The notes below the pieces were generated by a model. It was not told where the DNA came from. It worked only from the letters and a program-made list of their open reading frames with translations, and did not search any database. From Candidatus Borrarchaeum weybense (GTDB lineage: Archaea > Asgardarchaeota > Sifarchaeia > Borrarchaeales > Borrarchaeaceae), in assembly GCA_019057385.1 (NCBI GenBank), contig JAHQJS010000007.1, positions 128,001-192,000 of the forward strand: a stretch of 64,000 nucleotides of DNA, read 5' to 3'. The position numbers and the translations under genes were made by a program. Positions within the stretch are counted from its first letter, which is position 1, and every line of letters begins with the position of its first letter. Below, one piece after another: positions 1 through 10,769 of the stretch.

Positions 1-576
1 TCCGGTGGCGATATTTCGTCCTAAAGAGCCTCCTATATTCAGTGGCTTGCCAGTAACAACTCCTGGGACGCTGTATCCTTTCATCATGCTGTAGGTGTCC
101 ATTATCCAGGCCATTTCCCGAGAACCCGTGTATACATCGGGTGCTGGAATGTCCTGTTCTGGACCTATAATTGGGAGAATCCCTACTGTATATCGCCGCG
201 TCATGCGTCTGAGTTCATTTTCAGACATTTCCTTTGGATTGCAAACTACTCCTCCTTTCCCCCCTCCGAAGGGTATACCGACTAGAGCGCATTTCCATGT
301 CATTAACATGCTCAAAGCAATTACTTCATCAAGTGATACATTTGGATGATATCGTATGCCACCTTTTGCTGGTCCTCTCGCAGTTGAATATTGAGATCTA
401 TATCCTGTGAATACTTCAGTTGTTCCATCATCCAAACAAATCGGTACAGAAACTGTCAATACACGTTCTGGTTTTTTCAGCATTTTGTGAATTGACGGAT
501 CAAGTTCCAAGACTTTTGAGGCATTATCTAATTGAGTTAATGAATTTTCAAAAAAGCTTAGAGTTTTTTCAGGCAT
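1..576 (-). CDS. gdhA: Glu/Leu/Phe/Val dehydrogenase (glutamate dehydrogenase), 5' part; runs off the window edge; not in ORF track
   Basis: ATG at 576. Translation [12 protein letters not shown]...[14 protein letters not shown]...[18 protein letters not shown]...DIPAPDVYT...[15 protein letters not shown] carries the GDH signature motifs. Confidence 0.93.
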   Translation of the reverse strand, partial: MPEKTLSFFENSLTQLDNASKVLELDPSIHKMLKKPERVLTVSVPICLDDGTTEVFTGYRSQYSTARGPAKGGIRYHPNVSLDEVIALSMLMTWKCALVGIPFGGGKGGVVCNPKEMSENELRRMTRRYTVGILPIIGPEQDIPAPDVYTGSREMAWIMDTYSMMKGYSVPGVVTGKPLNIGGSLGRNIATG

Positions 577-729
577 GTTCTCACCCTATTTAATCAATAA
601 GACAGTAAAATGATTGATTTCACTTCTAATACAAAAGTATTTTGTTATGGGATGATTGATTTTCAAAAAAAACTATGAATTGAACTTCAAATAGTAATAA
701 AAGAGAAAAAAAGAGAAAAAAAGTTAGTA

Positions 730-2094
730 TTACCAGCCAGCGAATCTCGCAATTTTTTCATCAGATATTTTGCCTTCTTCAACGTCCTTAATAGACTGGT
801 TAATTATATCAACTGCTTTGTCACAATGTTCTTTGTTAATTATAAGCGGAGGTGTGATCTCTATTGTATTTGAGTGAACACCCACGTAGATTAAAATTAA
901 TCCAAGTTCCCATGCTCGATACATGACTTTAGCGCATTCTAATGAAGCTGGTTCTTTTGTTTTTTGATCTCTAACTAACTCGACACCAATAATCAATCCT
1001 TTTCCACGAACGTCTCCAATCAAACTACGTTCTTCTTGAATTTCACTTAGTCTTTTAATCAGATAATCTCCCATTTCTGCTGCATTCTGTGCGAGATTTT
1101 CTTCTTTAATGACTTCCAAAGTAGCAAGAGAAGCTGCTACTGACACAGGATGTCCACCTGTAGTCAAGAGATGTCCTGCAACCAAAGAATCTAATATTTC
1201 TGACGGAGCAACACATGCGCTTAATGGCATCCCGTTTGCCATAGGTTTGGCCATTGTTATAATATCTGGTTCGATATCAAAGCATTCAATGCCAAACATC
1301 TTTCCAGTTCTACCAAATCCATGTTTTACTTCATCAACTGCGAATAAAATACTGTGTTTCTCACAGAGTTCTTTAAGTCCTTTCAGGAATTCGGGTGGAG
1401 GAGGAATATCACCACCGTCAGATTGGATTGGTTCGATTAGTAGGCATGATGTGTCTTCGGGTGGACAAATCGTTGTCATTACCTGATTTTCTATGAAATC
1501 AACACATTGAAGACCACATGCTGGGCATTCAAGATCTTTTCCGAAAGGGCATCTGTAGCAATAGGCATAAGGAACTTTGACGACATTTGGTAAGCCTACG
1601 ATCTCTGTTTGAGCAGTGTGCCCAGATAAAGTATAAGCGCCCATGGTTTGTCCGTGATAAGCCGCCATAAAACTCATAATGCGTCTTCTTTTTGTAGCAT
1701 ATGGGACTAGTTTATAAATGGTTTCATTCGCGTCAGAACCAGATAACCCGAACCAGACTTTTTTTGCCCAGTCACCAGGCGTGATCTGGATCAATTTTTC
1801 CGCTAATTCGACTACCACTGGATTACTATGCAAAGTAAAGCAATGATGACTTAGTTTTTCGACCTGATCTTGGACTGCTTTTACTATTTTTGGATGTCTG
1901 TAGCCGGCTATAGCAACTGCAGCGCCTGCATTGAAGTCTAAATATTCATTCCCATCAGAGTCGTATAAATACACACCTTTTCCTGATTCAATGGAAAGTG
2001 GATAAAACCGAATATGAATTGAAGATCCAATGACCTTTTCATCTCTATCAATCACGTCAAAAGATTTTGTAACATTTTTTTCCATTGTATTCAC
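730..2094 (-). CDS. Class-III PLP aminotransferase (4-aminobutyrate/diamine aminotransferase-like)
   Basis: SGSDANE, YHG, IEPIQSDGG, DEVKHGFGRTG, MAKPMANGMP, DVRGKGL motifs. Confidence 0.9.
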   Translation of the reverse strand: MNTMEKNVTKSFDVIDRDEKVIGSSIHIRFYPLSIESGKGVYLYDSDGNEYLDFNAGAAVAIAGYRHPKIVKAVQDQVEKLSHHCFTLHSNPVVVELAEKLIQITPGDWAKKVWFGLSGSDANETIYKLVPYATKRRRIMSFMAAYHGQTMGAYTLSGHTAQTEIVGLPNVVKVPYAYCYRCPFGKDLECPACGLQCVDFIENQVMTTICPPEDTSCLLIEPIQSDGGDIPPPPEFLKGLKELCEKHSILFAVDEVKHGFGRTGKMFGIECFDIEPDIITMAKPMANGMPLSACVAPSEILDSLVAGHLLTTGGHPVSVAASLATLEVIKEENLAQNAAEMGDYLIKRLSEIQEERSLIGDVRGKGLIIGVELVRDQKTKEPASLECAKVMYRAWELGLILIYVGVHSNTIEITPPLIINKEHCDKAVDIINQSIKDVEEGKISDEKIARFAGW

Positions 2095-2347
2095 CTAAAT
2101 CTCTTCAATATCCATTGGAAATACTCATCTATTTATTCCCTATATAAAAAACTATGGCTTCCCATGTGTTCTCAGAAACGTGATATTGTTTTCTATTTGC
2201 AACTTAAAGGGTTAAACTTAAATTTCATTAATACTGTTTGATTTCAATACTTTGTATTCTACAACAATTGAAGATGCAAAAATTTTATTGATGTTAACTG
2301 AAATCCTCTCTAAGAAGCAAAAAGTAGTAGTTTTGTGTTGAGAACAG

Positions 2348-3160
2348 GTGACATTTCGTATGAGCGGCGAAAATCTTATTGATGATGAAAAATTTATGCA
2401 AGAAGCATTTAGAATTATAGAAATTGCTGAAGAGCGTGATATAATCTTAAGGTTGCTAGGTTCGATCGCCTTTCGTATTCATTGTCCTAAGTATGCACCT
2501 CTACTGCATCACGGAGCTGAGGTCCACCGATCAATTACAGATATCGACTATATGGCTTATAACAAACACAAAACCCCTATACGAAAGTTAATGTACGACC
2601 TAAGATTTCGTGAGATTTTTGCAGATCCAATCGTCAGTCGGATAGTTTTTCAAAGTCCAAAATACAAGAATTTAAAAGTCGATTTTTTTCTTGAAAGACT
2701 CCGTTTCTGTCACATAATTGACTTTGATAGGAAGAAAAAACGCTTGGAAATTGATAAACCCACCATTCCCTTAGAAGAAATGCTGTTGGAAAAAATGCAA
2801 ATAGTTGAGATCAATGAGAAGGATATCAAAGATACGATTATGCTTGTATGTGAACACGATATCGAAGATGATGCAGAAAAAAATACAGAAATTATTGATG
2901 GAGGTTTTATTGCTAGGATACTGGCTGACGATTGGGGATTTTGGTATACTGTTACAACAAATCTAAATAAAACTAAAGTATGGGTACCAAAATACAGTAA
3001 TGCACTATCAGAAGAAGATCAATCTTTTGCGATAGATAGAATTAATGAACTTTTAGAGCGAATTGATCTGGAAGAAAAGACCAAAAGATGGCAAAAACGC
3101 GCAAAAACTGGCACAAAAAAACGATGGTACGAAGAAGTCCAAAGTTTAGATGTTGATTAG
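2348..3160 (+). CDS. Uncharacterised Pol-beta-superfamily nucleotidyltransferase-like protein
   Basis: LRLLGSIAF...SITDIDY matches the hG[GS]...DxD metal-binding motif; ends in TAG. Confidence 0.6.
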   Translation: MTFRMSGENLIDDEKFMQEAFRIIEIAEERDIILRLLGSIAFRIHCPKYAPLLHHGAEVHRSITDIDYMAYNKHKTPIRKLMYDLRFREIFADPIVSRIVFQSPKYKNLKVDFFLERLRFCHIIDFDRKKKRLEIDKPTIPLEEMLLEKMQIVEINEKDIKDTIMLVCEHDIEDDAEKNTEIIDGGFIARILADDWGFWYTVTTNLNKTKVWVPKYSNALSEEDQSFAIDRINELLERIDLEEKTKRWQKRAKTGTKKRWYEEVQSLDVD

Positions 3161-3168
3161 AATTCTTA

Positions 3169-4128
3169 TTATCCCTCTGAAAACATCCATTTGCATTTTT
3201 TGGGTTTTTTATCTAGAACTAAGATTACTCCGCGAACAACTCCTTCTCCATACTCACTGCCAGGGTTCAAGCAGATAGTTCTTCCGATACGTGTATATCC
3301 CTTGCTTTCGTGAATATGACCATGTAAACCGTATAAAGGTTGGTATTTCTCAATAGCGGCGCGTACTGCTTTGCATCCTACAGGAATCATTTCTGGCTCG
3401 CCTCCTGCTGTCAATACAGGTTTCATGTTTTTATCTAAGAGAGGCGCATAGTCAATGACGGCGTCAAAAGGCGGGCAATGAAAATTGAAAATACAGTTTT
3501 CCATATCATTAACATGTGAAGTCATAGCTTCAATTTTCTGTTCAATTTCTTCTTCTGGAACATCACGTTCACAATGCCACGGAGTAATATTTGCAAATCC
3601 AGTGGAAATCATTTCGTGATATTCGTCTATCTGAATGTTCTTACCTTCTGGAACAATTATTATATCTGATTTCTTCAAAATATCGTCAATAAAATAAGCA
3701 TCATCGTTACCAGGGTTTATGATACACTTGATATTTGTTCCAGCTAATCGTTCTTCAGTTAACACAACCCATTCTTCTAAACGTGCACGAATAAGTTTCT
3801 CAAATAATTCTTTAATTTTGGATCTGTCTTGTCTGAATTCGGATAGTTCATTTTCATTCGTATAATAAAAGTAGGCTCCAATTAGTTTGATATTTTTTTC
3901 TAAGGCTTCAAGTTCCTCTTTAGTTTTCAAAACAAGATCTGAACCTAAATATTCTGCCTCGTGTGAGCCATCATCTTGTTCAACTATCGGAATGATCATT
4001 TTTCCTGTAATATCTCCTCCTAGAACAAGGACATCGGCCTTATACGCCTTTCCAGCATTAATAAACTTACGAAAACAAACGTCACTTCCATGAATATCAG
4101 TTGTGAAAAAGAGTTGAGTTTTTGCCAT
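3169..4128 (-). CDS. Calcineurin-like metallophosphoesterase (Icc-related)
   Basis: TDIHG, GGDITGK, PGNDD, FHCPP, HGHIHE, NPGS motifs. Confidence 0.88.
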   Translation of the reverse strand: MAKTQLFFTTDIHGSDVCFRKFINAGKAYKADVLVLGGDITGKMIIPIVEQDDGSHEAEYLGSDLVLKTKEELEALEKNIKLIGAYFYYTNENELSEFRQDRSKIKELFEKLIRARLEEWVVLTEERLAGTNIKCIINPGNDDAYFIDDILKKSDIIIVPEGKNIQIDEYHEMISTGFANITPWHCERDVPEEEIEQKIEAMTSHVNDMENCIFNFHCPPFDAVIDYAPLLDKNMKPVLTAGGEPEMIPVGCKAVRAAIEKYQPLYGLHGHIHESKGYTRIGRTICLNPGSEYGEGVVRGVILVLDKKPKKCKWMFSEG

Positions 4129-4308
4129 TTTGGTTCTACATCCAAATTTCGCTCAGTGCTAATCGTTCTAGTATAGACAGGATGTCGTAGTAGTAAAAAA
4201 CGAACACAATAAAACTCTTTTGGTTAAGAAAAATAGTTTTTTTTAATTCTTGTTATAAGAAAAAGAAAAAAGGGGTAAGAAGGTAGAGCATTGTTGAAAT
4301 TGTTGAGT

Positions 4309-5934
4309 TTACTCTGGAGGCAATTCTTTATGTGCTAGATGGATTGGTAGACCTTTAGATTGCCAATACGCACGTGCTATGAAGTACCATACAGGTCCTA
4401 TAATCAATGTTATAACCATGCCAATAATATACTCCACAGATACGAAGAATGCAATTGCTCCTGGTGTCAGGGACGCAACAATGACCCAGATTGAAACAAA
4501 TAGGGATAATATCCCGAAGAGACTTATCAAGGGGATTGGTCCGATCATTTTCTTCGCTAGAGGTGGCGCGGCATCAAAGATGTCTTTTCTTCTATAGGGG
4601 AACCATATCGCAGCAATGGATAGAATGAATACTCCTATAAACCAGCCCAACATTGAGTATAGCAGAAACGCAAACACTCCTGTGAAGAACGTCAGGAAAT
4701 TCGCAAATTGAGCAGTTATGAACATTATAAGTATTGCCCAAACTGGATTTCCACGTTTGTCTAGGTCTGCTATTTTACTTGGTAGAAGACGGTCGAAACT
4801 CCATGCAAAGATGTTTCTTGTGTACAAGAATGGAATTACTATACCGCAAGAGCCCACACAAACCATGCATACAGCGAGATTTACCAGTCCAATGATCCAC
4901 ACGTTGGTTGTAGTGAATGCAATCAAATAACTAGGCATTGAATACGCCCAGGTGAATTCATACCAACCAGGATAGCCTAGAGTTGCCAAGAACGATGATG
5001 CGTTGATGAAATCGAAGCCAAAGACAAGATATGTAATGTAGTAAATTGGCCAAACGAGAATACCGAAGATCACAACCGCACCTATCATTGCATAGAGATG
5101 TGTTCTAGTTCCTTTAACTTCACCTGCGCACCAAGCGTTACCGCTGTAGCCTAAGGTTCCTAAAAAGATATGCAGCGTTCCTAAGAATGTTGCAAGGAAT
5201 ATTGGAGTTGCTATGAAGCCATTCGGGACCTGTGCTAGAGCAGCAGTCTCAACAGCAGCTACTGTAGTTCCAGATCTCGCGTCAAAACCAGCTACGAAAC
5301 CAGTGTGTCCTGCGCCTAAAATCGTTGCAAAATAGGCGATAATAGCAACAACAGTTACTGCAAAGATAACATAAGAGGCGCGAATGACCCATTTAGACCC
5401 CCCATAGACTACCAGAGTTCCAATCGAAATAAGAACAAAGGTTATTGCAAATCCAACAAAAGGATCATACATTAGCGCCGCCATATTTATCCAATATGTA
5501 GCTTGTGATGCACTTGGTGCAACTACTGCCAACGCAGAGAACCATGGAGCAAGCCCATAAATAGGCACCCAGCCCACTACAGAGCCAATCCATGACCAAA
5601 GCACCGCAGAGAAATAAAAGTTAACAAGAAATCCCACCGAAGGATGAATTGTCCTTCCAACGAATACATATTCACCGCCTGTACGTGGCATTGACATTGT
5701 AAATAAACCATACATAACTGCAATTGCTAAACTAGCTGGTATAACCAACAAAGCACTTATTGGTAGTTGTGCGCCAGGGAATAGACCTGCAGCAAATGGT
5801 AGTTCAATGAATGCAAACAGAAATCCCATGAAAACGACGTTCATCAGCACTGCTTCAACACCTGAAATGTTTTTTACTAAGCCCGATGCTGTTCTAAGAA
5901 AAACTTTATCTTCGCCCAATTGTTTTTTCTCCAT
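4309..5934 (-). CDS. APC-superfamily amino acid/polyamine permease
   Basis: About 12 TM helices; FLRTASGLVK, MPRTGGEYVF, AGEVK, RNIFAWSFDRLLP. ATG at 5934 preferred to TTG at 5976. Confidence 0.88.
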   Translation of the reverse strand: MEKKQLGEDKVFLRTASGLVKNISGVEAVLMNVVFMGFLFAFIELPFAAGLFPGAQLPISALLVIPASLAIAVMYGLFTMSMPRTGGEYVFVGRTIHPSVGFLVNFYFSAVLWSWIGSVVGWVPIYGLAPWFSALAVVAPSASQATYWINMAALMYDPFVGFAITFVLISIGTLVVYGGSKWVIRASYVIFAVTVVAIIAYFATILGAGHTGFVAGFDARSGTTVAAVETAALAQVPNGFIATPIFLATFLGTLHIFLGTLGYSGNAWCAGEVKGTRTHLYAMIGAVVIFGILVWPIYYITYLVFGFDFINASSFLATLGYPGWYEFTWAYSMPSYLIAFTTTNVWIIGLVNLAVCMVCVGSCGIVIPFLYTRNIFAWSFDRLLPSKIADLDKRGNPVWAILIMFITAQFANFLTFFTGVFAFLLYSMLGWFIGVFILSIAAIWFPYRRKDIFDAAPPLAKKMIGPIPLISLFGILSLFVSIWVIVASLTPGAIAFFVSVEYIIGMVITLIIGPVWYFIARAYWQSKGLPIHLAHKELPPE

Positions 5935-6108
5935 TTGATTTTTAGACTTAAGTTCAGTTTCTAAGCTATTAGTCAATAAGTAATATATAAATTCTTACAT
6001 TTCTGTCATGCCCAATATTTCAAATACAATCTAAACGCTTTACAAAATTAATTATAACTTATACTTAGCAAATAATAAAAATTGCAAAAATATTAATCGA
6101 TTATCTGA

Positions 6109-6927
6109 TTAAAATGTGGCATCTAAAGCCATAGTAGCTACTCCTAACTCAAGCGAGTCGTGAATTAAATTTTTACTTGTGAGTTTTTTGAGTGCCTTAC
6201 TAGTTAGACCTAGCGGGATCCCAGGAGCAACAACAAATGTATCTTCTTTTATCATATCTTCAGAAATAATGTCTGGCACTGGAGTTGCATCAACTATCAA
6301 ATTTGCATACCGCAATCCTTCTTTGATTGAGTGAACAATATGAACGCGATCTTTAAATTTACGTTTGGCATATCCAATCTTTACTTTATCAATATCATAT
6401 AGAACCACATTAGCGCATCTATCAAGTAATTCAATCGTAGCAGCTTGTCCTACGGGACCATATCCTATGATAAAAACAGTTTTACTTTTTATTCCCTTCG
6501 CTGCGAGATCCAATGCTGCGATATAAGCCTTTCCTGTACATGCAGAATTTTCAGAAACATAACGAGTTCTGAGATTAACTGCAATAAAATGATTATCATC
6601 CGCAGCGAATAAAACGTCTGCTTGTTTAGATATCGCTTCAGCGAAACCTCCAACGTCTTTTTTCTTGGTTATATAGGTATCTAAACCGATATGGGTTAAT
6701 ATGGCTAATATTGCATCAGTAAAACCTAGTATTGTGCCTTTTCCAGCAGTTATAGGTATTATTGCTGCAGTTTTCTTACTTAAAACTGAGGTGATATCAT
6801 TTCTAATGTTAAGAGTATGTTTTGCAATTCCTAATAAAGAATGTTCAGTTTTTTTAATCAGCTCTTGTTCATAGTTTTGTAAATCTATTGGGATATTTTT
6901 CACTTGTTCAGGAGTGAGGCGTGTCAT
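6109..6927 (-). CDS. pylD: 3-methylornithyl-N6-L-lysine dehydrogenase (pyrrolysine synthase)
   Basis: MTRLTP start, PITAGKGTILGF, FAADD, Rossmann GYGPVG, HDSLELGVATM end; directly follows pylC. Confidence 0.9.
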   Translation of the reverse strand: MTRLTPEQVKNIPIDLQNYEQELIKKTEHSLLGIAKHTLNIRNDITSVLSKKTAAIIPITAGKGTILGFTDAILAILTHIGLDTYITKKKDVGGFAEAISKQADVLFAADDNHFIAVNLRTRYVSENSACTGKAYIAALDLAAKGIKSKTVFIIGYGPVGQAATIELLDRCANVVLYDIDKVKIGYAKRKFKDRVHIVHSIKEGLRYANLIVDATPVPDIISEDMIKEDTFVVAPGIPLGLTSKALKKLTSKNLIHDSLELGVATMALDATF

Positions 6928-6953
6928 ATTCTTCCACTTATTTAATTAGGCTT

Positions 6954-8108
6954 TTAGTCAATATAGTTTGTAAGTTTAAACTCTGACATAATTTCACTAA
7001 TTACCGCAACCATTTTCTTTTTTGCCTCTTCTAGAGTTTTATCTCTGACAATTAGTGTTGCAACACGTTTTCCATCAGCATTATTGTTGCTAAAAAAGTT
7101 CGTAATGGCCTCATCTGCACCGAAAAATCCTAGTTTATGTGTTAGATTTTTAGCATCGGTCAGAATATGCTCGCCCTGAACCTTCAATGAATGGTCAACA
7201 ATGCAAACATGTTGATATACGACTCCCTTTTCAAAACCAACTTTATTCGATGACAAAGTGTTTTCAAGGAACATATTTGCAAGTTCCTTGACGATATTTA
7301 TGCCAGTAGAGTGAAAAACGACAGTAGGTGTTTGACTGGGTAATCTTGCATTTATTTCATTAGTTTTTAGTGAGTTAGAAGGAGAAACTATACTTTGCAC
7401 GTCTGTAAGTCCATGCAAGTTAAGACCTTTTGCGATTTTCAAACCAGTTTCGATAAATTTATTCTTAACATGATTCGAAAGAACTGTTGGCGCTGTTACT
7501 CTTTTACATCCATAAGATTCATCAAATTCCAAATCTGTAACTTGAAATGGTATCGAGTTTCCATTCTTTGCAAGAACTTCTAAAGAAACCGCAAGTCCTT
7601 CGACAAATTCTTCCACGATAACTTCGTGATCAATTTGTCTTACTTCATTTATAATGTGAGGTAATTGTGATGGTGTTGACACCTTAAAGATACTAATACT
7701 GCCACTCAAACGAGCAGGTTTTACTATTAGAGGAAATGTTGCATCAGGCCAAGGCTTCGGAACAGCAACGTGTTGACTTGTTAAAAAGTTTTTGGAGCGA
7801 GTCTTATTAGATGTTACCCAAAAAGCGTTAGTGTCTTGTAAAAAGTGTATCAGTCCCTTGCACGTCTTTTCCAGAAAAACAAGCGTTTTCATATTTTCAG
7901 TAGTTGGTAAAACTGCATCTACTGTTTTACAAATCTTCTTAAAGAGATTTTCTTGCTTTATCACGTCAAAAACATAATTTTCATCAACAATAGTAGAGGC
8001 AGGAGTATTAGGTTCTCTATCAATTAATATTGTAGTTATATCCGCCTTTTTCGCAAGATAGGCTGCTTCAAGTCCCTGTAAACGTCCACCTATCAAGGCT
8101 AACCTCAA
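6954..8108 (-). CDS. pylC: 3-methylornithine--L-lysine ligase (ATP-grasp)
   Basis: LIGGRLQGLEAAYLAKKA, EINARLPSQTPTVVFHSTGIN, GEHI, FFGADEAITN. Probable TTG start at 8108 after GAGGT. Confidence 0.92.
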   Translation of the reverse strand: MRLALIGGRLQGLEAAYLAKKADITTILIDREPNTPASTIVDENYVFDVIKQENLFKKICKTVDAVLPTTENMKTLVFLEKTCKGLIHFLQDTNAFWVTSNKTRSKNFLTSQHVAVPKPWPDATFPLIVKPARLSGSISIFKVSTPSQLPHIINEVRQIDHEVIVEEFVEGLAVSLEVLAKNGNSIPFQVTDLEFDESYGCKRVTAPTVLSNHVKNKFIETGLKIAKGLNLHGLTDVQSIVSPSNSLKTNEINARLPSQTPTVVFHSTGINIVKELANMFLENTLSSNKVGFEKGVVYQHVCIVDHSLKVQGEHILTDAKNLTHKLGFFGADEAITNFFSNNNADGKRVATLIVRDKTLEEAKKKMVAVISEIMSEFKLTNYID

Positions 8109-8118
8109 AATGATGACC

Positions 8119-9210
8119 TCAAGATAATCGTTTTCTTTGTTGGATGAATTCAATGTATTGATGTGTAGATGCTAGTTTTAATCCTATACTGTCTAAGTAC
8201 GGTTTAATAGTTTGAATGCTTCTAATTCCTTGATTAATTCCCAGATTAGCTGCTGCTACACCCAATAATCCTGATGTTTTTGGGATGAGGGAGGTGATCA
8301 CATTAGCCCCCACCAATAGACGTAATTGAAGCCCCTTTAAACCATCAATATCGAAAGAAGCCGGAATAAGTTTGTCTGGGCAAATTAAACGCAGAAGTGC
8401 AATAGACTTCATTTCCTCCAAGATTGGAGGCGAGATGTTTTGCTCCATTGGAGTTCCTTGTTGCGGTACAAATCCCATTACACGTACTTGATCTGCTCCA
8501 ATATCCTTGATGGTGAAAAACGAATTAATTCGATCTTCTTCTGATTCTCCTACACCTAGAAGAATACCCTCTTCTATTAATAAGCCCATTTCCTTAGCGA
8601 AAATTTTTGATTTCATCCGTTCGTCATAATCTTGATTAATACGCAATTTTGCGAAAAGTGCACGATTGTGTGTTTCTTGGTAAAGAGCATACCATTCTGC
8701 AATTTCAGCAATTTTCCTTAAAACATGTTTAGGGACAACTCCAGGAGAGACCATTAGTGGTAATTCTGTAGCCTCTTTCACAGTAGATAAAGCAGAAAGC
8801 AAACCTGAATAATTTGGCTTGAAAAAAAGTGGATCCTCTCCTGATGTCATATCGATTAAATGCACACCAGATTCTTTCAATTTTTCTGCTTGACTAATAA
8901 TTTCCTCAGGAGTTTTTCTGTAGCGTAGACATTTAGAATTTAGCTTCCTAAAATAGCAGAAACTGCAAGAATTTTTGCAATATGTTGTAAAATAGATGAA
9001 TCCATAAGCAAATACTTTATTTTCAAAATATCTTACACGGAGTTCATTAGCTGCAGAAAACAATGCAAAGATATCATTTGGATGGCTTGTTTTTAGTAAA
9101 TAAAGAGCATTCCGTCTATTCAGTTCTTCACCGTTTAATACTTCTCTTAAAATTTCATAGATCTTTGGGTCCTTTGGATTTGATTCAAAGGAGCTGAAAA
9201 AACTTTCCAT
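8119..9210 (-). CDS. pylB: Methylornithine synthase (radical SAM lysine mutase)
   Basis: YGFIYFTTYCKNSCSFCYFR (CxxxCxxC), GVHLIDMTSGEDP, YALYQETHN, RVMGFVPQQGTP, LIPASFDIDG, GANVITS. Confidence 0.93.
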   Translation of the reverse strand: MESFFSSFESNPKDPKIYEILREVLNGEELNRRNALYLLKTSHPNDIFALFSAANELRVRYFENKVFAYGFIYFTTYCKNSCSFCYFRKLNSKCLRYRKTPEEIISQAEKLKESGVHLIDMTSGEDPLFFKPNYSGLLSALSTVKEATELPLMVSPGVVPKHVLRKIAEIAEWYALYQETHNRALFAKLRINQDYDERMKSKIFAKEMGLLIEEGILLGVGESEEDRINSFFTIKDIGADQVRVMGFVPQQGTPMEQNISPPILEEMKSIALLRLICPDKLIPASFDIDGLKGLQLRLLVGANVITSLIPKTSGLLGVAAANLGINQGIRSIQTIKPYLDSIGLKLASTHQYIEFIQQRKRLS

Positions 9211-9311
9211 TTGAAGCCATCCTTAATGAGGAAGAAGATAAAAGGTTTTTTCTAGACTTTTATTAAATGCCACTTAAAGTAATTTACTCGGGATTACAAA
9301 AAAAGAAGTTT

Positions 9312-10571
9312 TTAGAGTTTATATATGCGCCTTGTGTTTTCTGATAAGATAAGCTTCGCGAATTTATACGCCTCATCTTCATTGATAGCCCCAAATTCGA
9401 TAAATTGTGATAGTACACGAGCTAATGCCTTTTTCGCAATTTTTGCTCCTAACCAATAAAGTTCAGGGGTATTAAATGCATCGCTACCAATCATAACTTT
9501 TGTTAGGGGTGCAAATTCTAAGGTTCTCATTAAATTCGTTGTAGATCCAGCACTCGTAAATGGAAACATCACTGATAATTCAAGATAGACGTTAGGGAGT
9601 ATATTCAGCAGATTTGTAGCCTCAGAGACATAGGGAAACCCTGCATGCGCTAAGATAATCTTTGCATGTCTTATTTTTTTGTCTCTTAAGAACTTAAATA
9701 GGCAAACTGGATTACATTGATCCACCAGTGTATCCACATCTCCAATGCCAGTATGAAACTGAAAGGGAAGATCTAATTTGATACATTTCTCCACTGTTCG
9801 CCATATCAGAAAATCACGAAGATTTTTTAGTCCCCATCGCTCAACTTCTGGAGATTTATCCTGATGATACTTGATAAAATCGTTTCTAGCATCAGACTCA
9901 TCTGGATTTCTTATGTTTAGCCCAGTACGATATGCAACAATCGATTTAAATCCGCGAGAATTGTATTTAGTAATTGCTGTATTCATTTCATTATCATAGT
10001 TAACAAGAAATTCATCAAAATCTGAAGAAACAAGAAGTGCATTCTTAATCAGATTTTCAATTCGACTAAATCGTACAACTTGGATAGGTACTAATTGTTC
10101 GAATTCTGACCATTCTATTGTTTTAAGAGGTTTATCCACGGCGATCTCAGAAAACCCATCATCAATAATCAGCGCCTCAAGGCGTGCATCTGTAAACAAC
10201 TCGATTAAATAGCTTCTAAAATCTACTGCTTTTTGATTTCTTATGTTAATTATAGTATCTAAATCATCAGCACAATTAAAAAACTGTGCAAGTTCATGTA
10301 ACATCTGTCTGTAAAAAAGAGCATGTTTCGCATGGTATTGAAGTTCCTGTAAAGTTTGTGCGACTCTATATTTTTGATCCAGTTCAACTTTTTCCTTATT
10401 TGAAGCTTTGTTGTATTCTTCAAGAATTGATGTCGGAATTAAAAAATCTGGATAAAAAGATCCGAAATTTATGTCTTGGGCGAAATTTTCTGCAGTAAGA
10501 GTCTTGCTTATATCTTCTCTAAAAACATGACAATGTGTATCAATAACGGGATATTCAGATAAATCCAGCAA
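9312..10571 (-). CDS. Amidohydrolase_2-family protein resembling the FluG/NodGS N-terminal domain
   Basis: IDTHCH, FKSIVAYRTGL, QFHTGIGD, LAHAGFPY, PNVYLELS, KVMIGSDA...PELYWLGA. Confidence 0.82.
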   Translation of the reverse strand: MLDLSEYPVIDTHCHVFREDISKTLTAENFAQDINFGSFYPDFLIPTSILEEYNKASNKEKVELDQKYRVAQTLQELQYHAKHALFYRQMLHELAQFFNCADDLDTIINIRNQKAVDFRSYLIELFTDARLEALIIDDGFSEIAVDKPLKTIEWSEFEQLVPIQVVRFSRIENLIKNALLVSSDFDEFLVNYDNEMNTAITKYNSRGFKSIVAYRTGLNIRNPDESDARNDFIKYHQDKSPEVERWGLKNLRDFLIWRTVEKCIKLDLPFQFHTGIGDVDTLVDQCNPVCLFKFLRDKKIRHAKIILAHAGFPYVSEATNLLNILPNVYLELSVMFPFTSAGSTTNLMRTLEFAPLTKVMIGSDAFNTPELYWLGAKIAKKALARVLSQFIEFGAINEDEAYKFAKLILSENTRRIYKL

Positions 10572-10769
10572 AAGAAACCCTCTCTATTGTTAGGTAAAAA
10601 AACATAACAAGTTGGTTCTTTTTAAAAAATATTCGGTCGATTAACATTCTGCCTTTAGAAGCAATTATTCTATTTTTAACTTAGGAAAAAAAGAAGTGAG
10701 ATTGTAGAGAAAAAACTCTTAAGTTGTTGTGTTGCACTCTATGAGGTCTCCATCGTTGTATTTTCAGTA

